DNA of 32,000 bases, from contig CP126532.1 in the NCBI GenBank assembly GCA_030167145.1, positions 3,780,001 to 3,812,000 on the forward strand, written 5' to 3'. Made by a program: the position numbers and the translations under genes. This stretch comes from Ktedonobacterales bacterium (GTDB lineage Bacteria; Chloroflexota; Ktedonobacteria; Ktedonobacterales; JADMIN01). The notes under the pieces were generated by a model that saw only the letters and a list, made by a program, of their open reading frames with translations, did not search any database and was not told the DNA's origin. Shown here in pieces: positions 7,959-15,481 of this stretch (its first letter is position 1; each line of letters begins with the position of its first letter).

Positions 7959-10022
7959 ATGACCAGTATCTTCATCTCTTACCGCCGCGCCGACAGCGAA
8001 ACCATTGTTGGCCGCATCTATGACCACCTGAAGAATCGCTATGGCAAAGAGGCCATTTTCAAAGATGTGGACAACATTGATCCCGGTGAGGATTTCGAGC
8101 AAAAAATCCAGGCGATCATCCAGCAGTGCGCTGTGCAACTGGCCATCATCGGCCCGCGCTGGCTGGATATGCCCAGCGCGAAGACCCCAGGCCAGCGTCG
8201 TCTGGATGAACCCAAAGACCCCGTGCTGCTGGAAATCGAAGCCGCTATCAACGCGGGCATCGTCATCATTCCACTGCTGGTGGAGCGCGCCACCATGCCC
8301 GATATTGATCGCCTGCCCGATAGCATCAGTGCCCTCGCCGTCCGCAATGGCCGCCCCATCCGTAACGACCCCGACTTCGAGGACGACATCGGCAGCCTGT
8401 TCGCCGCGCTCGACCGCTACTTGCAGCATGTCCACGCGCCCGCCGATGCCACGCCCGCCACATTTGCGGGCAACCCGCAGGCGGCGCTCGTGCGCCAGAT
8501 GCTGCCCGACATGGAGCGCGCCTTTGCCGCCCACGATTGGCAGGTGCTGCTAGATAAAGCCGACTACCTCGCCCGCTATGCGCCCAACGCGCTGCCCGCC
8601 GCACGCTTCGTGACGTGGGGCAACACGCTGCTGGCGGAAAGCGACGTCTCCGGCGCGCGCATGCTGCTCGACGCCGCGCTCGGCCTGAACGCGAACGGCG
8701 TCGCCAGCCGCCCTTTCACGCCCGCTGATGTGCCCGCACTGCGGGTTGCCGCGCAGGTACACGATCAGAGCGGCGAACAGCCACTCGCCGCGACGCTACT
8801 CAAAGACGCCCTGGCCCTCGTCGCGGATTCCGACCAGCGACTCGCCATCCTGCGCGAGTATCTCCTCGTGCTGCAACAGACTGAGCAATGGAACGACCTG
8901 CTGCGCCGCACCGATGAGGCGTTGCGAATCGCGCCCGGCGACCCAACCATCGTGGCGCTGCGTGTTGATGCGCTCGCCAAATTACGGCGCACCGATGAAG
9001 CGCTCGCGTTTATTCGCGAGTTCGCCAACCGCCCCGATGCCACCACCGCCGGGCAGCTCGCCCTCGCTCGCGTCCTTGCCGAACAGAGCAACCCTGCGGA
9101 GGCGTGGACTATCTTGCAAGCCGCCATGCACAATCCCAATGCCCCGGCGAGCGTCGCCCAGGTCCGCGCCAAACTCTTCCCGCCGCCCAGCGTCGCCCCG
9201 CGATTGGCGCACCTTGGCTACACCGGCCACAATGTCGCCGGAGCGCAATTCCTCATCGCCCCGCTCTGCCAGGTGCCCGCCGGACTCTTCCGCATGGGTA
9301 GCGACCCACGCCAGGACCGCGACGCCCAGGCGAGCGAACAGCCCGATGTGCCGTTTACGACCCATCAGGACCGCGTAGCCCAGGCGAGCGCGCAACCCGC
9401 GCACGACGTGACCTTGCCCGCCTACTGGATTGGGCGCTACCCTGTCACCGTCGCCGAATACGCCTGCTTTGTCCGCTCTGGCCACACCCCTGGCGACTGG
9501 GCCAGCCAGCAGAGCAAACTCGACCATCCCGTCGTCGCCGTCTCCTGGCACGACGCCATCGCCTACGCCGCCTGGCTCGCCACACTCACTGGCCAGCCCT
9601 GGCGCCTGCCTACCGAGGCCGAATGGGAAAAAGCGGCCCGTTGGGATCCCCAGCGCCGCGCCAGCCGTCTCTATCCTTGGGGCGACACCTTCGACGAGTC
9701 CCGCGCCAACATCTACGTGGGCGGCAAGAACGGCACGACGCCGGTGGGCAGCTACCCCACCGGCGCCAGCCCCTGCGGCGCGCAGGATATGGCGGGCAAC
9801 GTCTGGGAATGGAATAGCTCGCTCTACAAACCCTACCCGTATTCTAGTACAGATGGGCGTGAGAATCCGGACAATTCCGTTGAAAATCGTGTGCTGCGCG
9901 GCGGCTCGTGGGGCGACCTCGCCCCCAAAGCGCGCGCGGCGTACCGCAACAACCTCTGGCCAGACTACGCCAACGGCTACGATGGTTTCCGCCTAGCTCT
10001 GTCTGCGGGGGCTGGTTCATAA
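7959..10022 (+). CDS. TIR domain / TPR-like helical repeat / FGE-sulfatase (SUMF1-like) domain fusion protein
   Basis: The N-terminus SIFISYRRADSETIVGRIYDHL..AIFKDVDNIDPGEDF..DPVLLEIEAAI is TIR_2-like. The middle region is Leu/Ala-rich helical repeats. The C-terminus carries FRMGSD..YWIGRYPVTVAEYACFV..HPVVAVSWHDAIAYAAWL..WRLPTEAEWEKAARW..YPWGD..DMAGNVWEWNSS..RVLRGGSWGD..GFRLA. ATG 7959 has a GGAGA RBS at 7950-7954, and the track start 7923 is 12 codons upstream. Confidence 0.85.
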   Translation: MTSIFISYRRADSETIVGRIYDHLKNRYGKEAIFKDVDNIDPGEDFEQKIQAIIQQCAVQLAIIGPRWLDMPSAKTPGQRRLDEPKDPVLLEIEAAINAGIVIIPLLVERATMPDIDRLPDSISALAVRNGRPIRNDPDFEDDIGSLFAALDRYLQHVHAPADATPATFAGNPQAALVRQMLPDMERAFAAHDWQVLLDKADYLARYAPNALPAARFVTWGNTLLAESDVSGARMLLDAALGLNANGVASRPFTPADVPALRVAAQVHDQSGEQPLAATLLKDALALVADSDQRLAILREYLLVLQQTEQWNDLLRRTDEALRIAPGDPTIVALRVDALAKLRRTDEALAFIREFANRPDATTAGQLALARVLAEQSNPAEAWTILQAAMHNPNAPASVAQVRAKLFPPPSVAPRLAHLGYTGHNVAGAQFLIAPLCQVPAGLFRMGSDPRQDRDAQASEQPDVPFTTHQDRVAQASAQPAHDVTLPAYWIGRYPVTVAEYACFVRSGHTPGDWASQQSKLDHPVVAVSWHDAIAYAAWLATLTGQPWRLPTEAEWEKAARWDPQRRASRLYPWGDTFDESRANIYVGGKNGTTPVGSYPTGASPCGAQDMAGNVWEWNSSLYKPYPYSSTDGRENPDNSVENRVLRGGSWGDLAPKARAAYRNNLWPDYANGYDGFRLALSAGAGS

Positions 10023-10087
10023 TGCGAGCGGGTGGTTGAAATCGCGCCTTTGTGGTGTGCGGCCGCGAAACCCGCCGTCGTGGGTTT

Positions 10088-10107
10088 GGGACAGACAGGT
10101 GTCCGCC
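10088..10107. repeat. Hairpin repeat copy B (GGGACAGACAGGTGTCCGCC)
   Basis: Its reverse complement GGCGGACAcctgTCTGTCCC matches copy D (GGCGGACAttgcTGTCTGCC) in pheT. It lies in the TIR-gene/pheT convergent intergenic region. It is preceded by an AAACCC..GGGTTT hairpin. Confidence 0.55.
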
Positions 10108-10154
10108 GTAAAAAGTAAAAGTACATGATGGCCGAGAGCTTGTCACGTCAAAAG

Positions 10155-10184
10155 GGCCCCCTCACCGCGAAGGGGAAGGGGGCC
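10155..10184. terminator. GC-rich hairpin at the convergent junction (candidate bidirectional terminator)
   Basis: GGCCCCCT (10155-10162) pairs with AGGGGGCC (10177-10184). It lies 17 nt beyond the pheT stop. The motif CCCCTxCC..GGGGAAGGGGG is related to 6439-6461. Confidence 0.5.
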
Positions 10185-10200
10185 AAAGATGGGGTACTCG

Positions 10201-12831
10201 CTACCCGCGTAGCGCCGCGCCAAGCTGCTGCTTCAGCGCGGCGATGATGGCCGATTGCGCTGCTTCGATCTCCGCGTCGGTCAGCGTGCGCTCGGTGGAC
10301 TGGTAGGTGAGCGTGTAGGCCAGGCTCTTCTTGCCTTCGGGGATGCCCTGTCCCGTGTAGACATCGAAGAGACTGACCTGGCGCAGCAGCGCGCCGCCGC
10401 TGGCGCGGATCACCCCAGCTACGTCGGCCTGCGGCGTTGCGGCGCCCACTACGACGGCCAGATCGCGTTGCGCGGCGGGATAGCGCGCAATCGGCGTGTA
10501 TGGCACGACTGCTGGCACCGCCGGGAACAGCCGCTCTAGATCGAGTTCCATCAGGTAGGTGCGTTTGGGCAGATCGAAGCGCTCCGCCACCTCCGGGTGG
10601 ACCTCGCCCAGCACCGCCGTCGCCACCCAGCGACGCGCATCATCCGCCGTCACTGCGCGGCCCCCTAGTATGGCGCTCCCGTCCGCTGGCGTCGCCACGG
10701 CCACCTCTAGCAGCGCGCAGCGCCCCGGATGGAATGTCGGCGTGCGCGTCGGCGTGAAGCGATAGTCGGAAACCTTCAGCGCGTGCAGCAGCGTTTCGGC
10801 TATGCCCTTCAGATCGAAGAAGTCGGCGTCGCGCTCCTCGCCCAGCCAGCCGCGCGCCAGCGGCCCGCTGATCGCTACGCCCAACGTGCGGCGCTCCTGC
10901 GGCAGCCCGTCGCCATCGGCGAGCGCGGGCGTGGGGATGTAGCGGCGGCCAATCTCGAAGAACCACAGCCCGGTATCTGTGTGCTTGGCGTTCTCGCGCA
11001 CTACTCCCAGCAAGCCCGACATCAGCGTCAGCCGCAGCGCTTCGAGGTCCACGCTCAGCGGATTCGCCAGGGTGATCGCGGGCAGCTTCGCCGCGATGGC
11101 TTCGATCTGCCGCCGTTCGCTGGTCCGGCTGCTTTCTGGTGTGGTGGGTTGCTCCTCGCTGACAGACAAGAATGTCTGTCCTACTGATAGTGGGGCGGAC
11201 ATTGCTGTCTGCCCGGCCACTGGCGCGGTCAGTAAGAGTTCTTCGCCCGGCTGGGTGCCGAGCAGCAGCTTCGCCATTGCCGCGCGGCTGGTCAATGTGT
11301 AGTTCACTGCCTCGGTCAGCCCGGCGCCCACCAGGATCTCACGCACGCGATGCTCGCGTTCCGGCCAGCTATCGCGGAGCGGCTCTGGCAGCGGCCCCAC
11401 GGGAATCGTGCTGGCGATGCGGTCGTAGCCGACAATGCGCGCCACCTCCTCGACGAGGTCCGCGCCCTCCTCCACATCGCCGCGCCATGTGGGCACGGTC
11501 ACGTCCAGCACGTCATCCGCGCCGTCCGGAGGCTCCGCCACGCCGAAGCCGAGCGCACGCAGGCTGGCGAGCACCTCGTTGCGCGTCACCGGCATTCCGG
11601 TGAGCCATTCGACCAGCGACGGCTTGAAGGCGATGCGCCGTTCAGCAATTGGGTTCGGGTAGAAGTCCACCCGCCCGCGCGCCACCGTGCCGCCCGCGAG
11701 TTCGGTGAGCAGTTGCGCTGAGCGGTCAATCGCCACCGCCGTCAGCTCGATGTCGGGATTCTTCTCGAAGCGCCCCGACGATTCGGTGCGCAGCGCCAGC
11801 GCCACTGATGTGCGCCGCACGTTCACTGGATTGAAGTGCGCGGCTTCCAATAGCACGCTCGTCGTGGCCGCCGAGACCTCCACGCGCTCGCCGCCGAAGA
11901 TGCCCGCGATCACGTTCGGCCCAGCAGGATCAGTGATGAGTTGCATCTCGCTAGTCAGGTGGCGCGTCACGCCGTCCAATGTGGTCAGCGTCTCGCCTGG
12001 CTCCGCGCGCCGCACGATGATCGTATGCTCGGCAACCTTGTCGTAGTCGAAGGCGTGCAGCGGCTGCCCAAGTTCCAGCATTACGTAGTTGGTGATGTCC
12101 ACGACGTTGTTGATGGGGCGCATGCCCGCCAGCGTGAGGCGATCCTGCATCCACTCCGGCGACGGCCCGATCTTCACGTCGCGCACCACACGCGCGGTGT
12201 AGCGTGGGCAGAGGTTGGCGTCGCGCACCTCCAGCTTCATCAGGTCGCTGGTTGGCGTGCCCTTCTCCTTCACCGCGATTTTCGGCGGGCGCAGCTTCTG
12301 TCCGGTGAACGCCGCTACTTCGCGCGCCACGCCGACTATGCAGAAGAGATCGCCCCGGTGCGCCTTGATGTCCAGGTCAATCACCGCCTCGCCGATTATT
12401 TTGCCCAGCGGCACGCCCAGCGGCGTCTCCGGCGGCAGAATCAGGATGCCCTGATGGTCGTCGCTGATGCCTAGCTCGCGCGGCGAGCAGAGCATGCCCT
12501 CGGAGAGTACGCCCATTGCCTTCTTCGGCTGGATGGTGATGTCGCCGACCTTCGCGCCAACCTTCGCCAGCGGGACGCGGTCGTGCAGCTTGATGTTCGG
12601 CGCGCCGCAGACCACGCTGAACTCTTCGGTTCCGGTGGTCACGCGGGTCGCGCTCAGGTGGTCCGAGCCTTTGACCTTTTGCAGCCAGACGATTTCCGCC
12701 GTCACGATGTCCGGCCAGCCGTAGTCTATCCGGTCCACTTCCAGCCCGTGCATCGTCAGTTCATGGGCCAGCTCTTCGGGACCAAGCTCCAGCTTCACGT
12801 AGTCTTTTAGCCACGAGTACGGTATTCGCAT
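10201..12831 (-). CDS. pheT: Phenylalanine--tRNA ligase beta subunit
   Basis: MRIPYSWLKDYV.. is the canonical PheT N-terminus. The tRNA-binding, B3/4, B5 and C-terminal anticodon-binding-like regions are recognisable. A GGAGGA RBS precedes ATG 12831. The gene lies downstream of pheS. Confidence 0.95.
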   Translation of the reverse strand: MRIPYSWLKDYVKLELGPEELAHELTMHGLEVDRIDYGWPDIVTAEIVWLQKVKGSDHLSATRVTTGTEEFSVVCGAPNIKLHDRVPLAKVGAKVGDITIQPKKAMGVLSEGMLCSPRELGISDDHQGILILPPETPLGVPLGKIIGEAVIDLDIKAHRGDLFCIVGVAREVAAFTGQKLRPPKIAVKEKGTPTSDLMKLEVRDANLCPRYTARVVRDVKIGPSPEWMQDRLTLAGMRPINNVVDITNYVMLELGQPLHAFDYDKVAEHTIIVRRAEPGETLTTLDGVTRHLTSEMQLITDPAGPNVIAGIFGGERVEVSAATTSVLLEAAHFNPVNVRRTSVALALRTESSGRFEKNPDIELTAVAIDRSAQLLTELAGGTVARGRVDFYPNPIAERRIAFKPSLVEWLTGMPVTRNEVLASLRALGFGVAEPPDGADDVLDVTVPTWRGDVEEGADLVEEVARIVGYDRIASTIPVGPLPEPLRDSWPEREHRVREILVGAGLTEAVNYTLTSRAAMAKLLLGTQPGEELLLTAPVAGQTAMSAPLSVGQTFLSVSEEQPTTPESSRTSERRQIEAIAAKLPAITLANPLSVDLEALRLTLMSGLLGVVRENAKHTDTGLWFFEIGRRYIPTPALADGDGLPQERRTLGVAISGPLARGWLGEERDADFFDLKGIAETLLHALKVSDYRFTPTRTPTFHPGRCALLEVAVATPADGSAILGGRAVTADDARRWVATAVLGEVHPEVAERFDLPKRTYLMELDLERLFPAVPAVVPYTPIARYPAAQRDLAVVVGAATPQADVAGVIRASGGALLRQVSLFDVYTGQGIPEGKKSLAYTLTYQSTERTLTDAEIEAAQSAIIAALKQQLGAALRG
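11136..11228. repeat. Hairpin repeat copies C and D embedded in frame in pheT
   Basis: Copy C is GACAGACA-agaa-TGTCTGTC (11161-11180), a perfect 8-bp stem. Copy D is GGCGGACA-ttgc-TGTCTGCC (11194-11213). They are flanked by CTGGTGTGGTGGG (11136-11148), CTGATAGTGGGG (11184-11195) and CCACTGGCGCGG (11217-11228). On the minus strand they encode ..VAGQTAMSAPLSVGQTFLSVSEEQ.. of PheT. Confidence 0.7.
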
Positions 12832-12845
12832 GATGTCATCCTCCT

Positions 12846-13883
12846 CTATACCGTCCAGCGCCCGCGCGCGATGTTTACCAGATCCGCGACGATGCCGAAG
12901 GCCGTCTGCCCCGGCCCGCCGTCGCCTTCGATCAGCGTGAGGTCGCGCATCGTATCCGTATGCAGCAGCAGCGCCGTTTCGCCGGGAACCAGCGTCGCGA
13001 AGACGTTGCTCAGCGGCAGCGCGGCCAGTTCGACGCGCGCACGCACCGCATCGCCGTCGCGTTCGACTACGGCGAGTTGCTTCAGCGCATGGCCCGGCGG
13101 TAGCGCCGCGTGCGCCTGGCGCATCGCCTCCGCGCCCAGTCCGTCGCGCACCACGTCGCCCGGCCGCAGGTCCGCGCCCATCAGCACATTGGCTACTACT
13201 GTCGCCTTCACCGCCGCGTCCCAGCCTTCCAGGTCGTTGCTAGGGTCCGCCTCGGCGATACCGATTTTCTGTGCGCCCGCGACCGCCTCTTCCAGCGATT
13301 CGCCGCGCGCCATGCGCCCCAATACGTAGTTGCTGGTGCCGTTCATCGGGCCGCGGAAGCCCTCGATGCGCGTGGCGGGCAGCGACGCCTCGGACATGCT
13401 GAAAATCGGCGTGCCATCCATCACCGTGGACTCGAAGCGCAGCGCCACGCCATGCTCTGCCGCCAGCGCCCGCAGTTCACGATAGGCGTAGGCAATCGGT
13501 CCCTTGTTGGCCGTGACGACATGCCGGCCAGCGTTCAGCGCGGCGCGCACGTGGTCTATCGCGGGCAGCCCCGACTGCGGATTCAGCGTGGTAATCTCGA
13601 TCAGCGCGTCCGCCGGGCAGGTGGCGGCGAAGGCGAGCGCGTCGCCCGCGAAGGGCTGCGCGCCCGCTGGCAGCGCGCCGCTCGTCGGCCATCCGCTGGC
13701 GGCCAGCGCCGCCGGGGTGATGCCCTCCGGCGCGGACCAGCCCCCGGCGGAGCGCGTAAACGCGCCGGTGTAGCAGACTTCCAGGTCATATCGCTCGCGC
13801 AGGTCGCGCTCTTTCTCGGCGAGCATCGTGACTAGCGCGCGGCCCACATTGCCGAAACCCAAACATGCCAGACGCAGGCGCAT
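12846..13883 (-). CDS. Homoserine dehydrogenase family protein (no ACT domain)
   Basis: MRLRLACLGFGNVGRAL is a Rossmann GxGxxG motif. VVTANKGP and GIAEADPSNDLEGWDAAVKATVVANV are characteristic Hom motifs. ATG 13883 has an AGGAGA RBS, and the track start 13946 is 21 codons upstream. The stop is 14 nt before the pheT start. Confidence 0.8.
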   Translation of the reverse strand: MRLRLACLGFGNVGRALVTMLAEKERDLRERYDLEVCYTGAFTRSAGGWSAPEGITPAALAASGWPTSGALPAGAQPFAGDALAFAATCPADALIEITTLNPQSGLPAIDHVRAALNAGRHVVTANKGPIAYAYRELRALAAEHGVALRFESTVMDGTPIFSMSEASLPATRIEGFRGPMNGTSNYVLGRMARGESLEEAVAGAQKIGIAEADPSNDLEGWDAAVKATVVANVLMGADLRPGDVVRDGLGAEAMRQAHAALPPGHALKQLAVVERDGDAVRARVELAALPLSNVFATLVPGETALLLHTDTMRDLTLIEGDGGPGQTAFGIVADLVNIARGRWTV

Positions 13884-13992
13884 GTTATTTCTCCTGAAAC
13901 CAACAGGGCGAACGCTCGTGTTTCGCCCAGCAATAGCCATTGCCAACCATGATTATCCCTGGCCTTCAGGCTGGGAAGAAACGATTACACGG

Positions 13993-15042
13993 CTAGGCGA
14001 ACTGGCGCAGGAAGCGCAGATCATTGCCAGAGAACAAGCGGATGTCGTCCACGCCGTAGCGCAGCATGGCGATGCGCTCGATGCCCAGCCCGAAGGCGAA
14101 GCCGCGATATGTCGCCGGATCGTAGCCGACGCCGCGCAGCACCTTCGGATGCACCATGCCGGAGCCGCCCATCTCCAGCCAGCCGCTATACTTGCAGACA
14201 CGGCAGCCCGCGCCATCGCAGTTGATGCAGTCCATATCGAACTCGGCGCTTGGCTCGGTGAAGGGGAAGTAACTGGGGCGGAAACGCACCTTGCGCTCCG
14301 CGCCGAACATCTCGCGGGCGAAGCGCTCGACCACGCCGCGCAGATCGGACATGGTGCAGGTCTCATCAATCAGCAGCCCCTCCACCTGGTGGAACGCCGC
14401 TTCATGGCTGGCGTCAATCGCCTCGTTGCGGTAGACGCGGCCCGGCACGATGGCGCGCACCGGCGGCTGCATCTGTTCCATGATGCGAATCTGGTTGTTC
14501 GAGGTCTGCGTGCGCAGTAGGATCTGCCCCGGCACGATCCAGAAGGTATCCTGCATATCGCGGGCGGGGTGGTCCTGCGGGATATTGAGCGCCTGGAAGT
14601 TGTAGTAATCGGTCTCTACTTCCGGCCCGTCGTAGACCTGGAAGCCCATCTGGCTGAAGATGCGCCCGATGTCGCGGATGGTCTGCGAGATGGGATGGAT
14701 GTGCCCGCGTGGCGTCATGCGCCCCGGCAGCGTCACGTCGAGCCGCTCGCGTTCCAACGCGCCGCTCTGCTCTGCCGCTTTCAGCGCGGCTTTGCGCTGT
14801 TCCAGCAGGCCTTCCAGTTCATTTTTGACGGTGTTCGCAGCCTGGCCGACGGCTTTGCGCTGCTCGCCAGGCAGCTTGCCCAGCCCCTTGAGGATACCGG
14901 TTAGCTCGCCGCGCTCGCGGCCCAGAAAGCGCGTGCGCCACTCGTCCAGCCCCTCCGCTGTTGCGATGGTCGCCAGTTCCGCAATCGCGCGCTCACGCAA
15001 TCCGGCGAGCGCCTGTTCTTCCTCGGTTCGCGCTGTCGCCAT
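13993..15042 (-). CDS. pheS: Phenylalanine--tRNA ligase alpha subunit
   Basis: Class II aaRS motifs are present: HPISQTIRDI, DHPARDMQDTFW, PGRVYRNE..DASHEAAFHQVEGL and GFAFGLGIERIAMLRYGVDDIRLF. ATG 15042 has a GGAGG RBS. The track start 15180 would read through the T-box terminator. Confidence 0.95.
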   Translation of the reverse strand: MATARTEEEQALAGLRERAIAELATIATAEGLDEWRTRFLGRERGELTGILKGLGKLPGEQRKAVGQAANTVKNELEGLLEQRKAALKAAEQSGALERERLDVTLPGRMTPRGHIHPISQTIRDIGRIFSQMGFQVYDGPEVETDYYNFQALNIPQDHPARDMQDTFWIVPGQILLRTQTSNNQIRIMEQMQPPVRAIVPGRVYRNEAIDASHEAAFHQVEGLLIDETCTMSDLRGVVERFAREMFGAERKVRFRPSYFPFTEPSAEFDMDCINCDGAGCRVCKYSGWLEMGGSGMVHPKVLRGVGYDPATYRGFAFGLGIERIAMLRYGVDDIRLFSGNDLRFLRQFA

Positions 15043-15074
15043 GACACGCCTCCAGTTCCCGATAGCCCGGTGAA

Positions 15075-15375
15075 AGACAAACAAAAACGGCAGCTTCATC
15101 AGGGACGAAGCTGCCGTATGACTCCGTGGTACCACCCACCTTGGCTGCGCCGCGACGCACTGGCCGCGCACACAACCCACTCGTGCGCCCCGCTAGCGGT
15201 GGGCCTCCGAGGCGCCTACACGCCGGACGCTGTTCGCCGTCCGGTTTCAGTCGCCGGCTCAGGAGTGAACTTCGGTCGGGTACGTCGCGCCTGGGGTCTC
15301 AGTCGGTGGCCCAGGCTCCCTGTGCGGTTCCCCGCCTACTCTCTCCATCATCGCCGAGTCGTCTTCGATTGTCTT
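15075..15375 (-). promoter_or_regulatory. T-box riboswitch leader, Phe (UUC) specifier, with intrinsic terminator
   Basis: Read on the minus strand, four elements appear in order. The GA/K-turn region is GGCGAUGAUGGAGAGAGUAGG (plus strand 15335-15352). The specifier loop is CGAAG-UUC-A, with the codon at 15267-15269. The T-box sequence is CCAAGGUGGGUGGUACCACGGAG (about 15124-15144). The terminator is ACGGCAGCUUC-guccctgau-GAAGCUGCCGU (15087-15117) followed by UUUUUGUUUG. Confidence 0.85.
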
Positions 15376-15481
15376 CTGCCAGGTCGCGCCGCTCATGCGT
15401 TCAGCGGCGCGGCATTGACGAACTGCCCTATAGCGTACCACATTTTTCCGCCCGCGTGTACTGGCCTGCCAGCACGAATGT

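Noticed and set aside
15043-15180. 5' extensions of track ORFs. These include pheS from 15180, fmt from 31990, dedA from 5588, hom-like from 13946, the DUF2330-like gene from 7825, lexA from 4904, the TIR gene from 7923 and the BNR gene from 23282.
   Set aside because: Internal starts have proper Shine-Dalgarno sequences and give N-termini matching the families. The pheS extension would read through the T-box terminator and T-box sequence.
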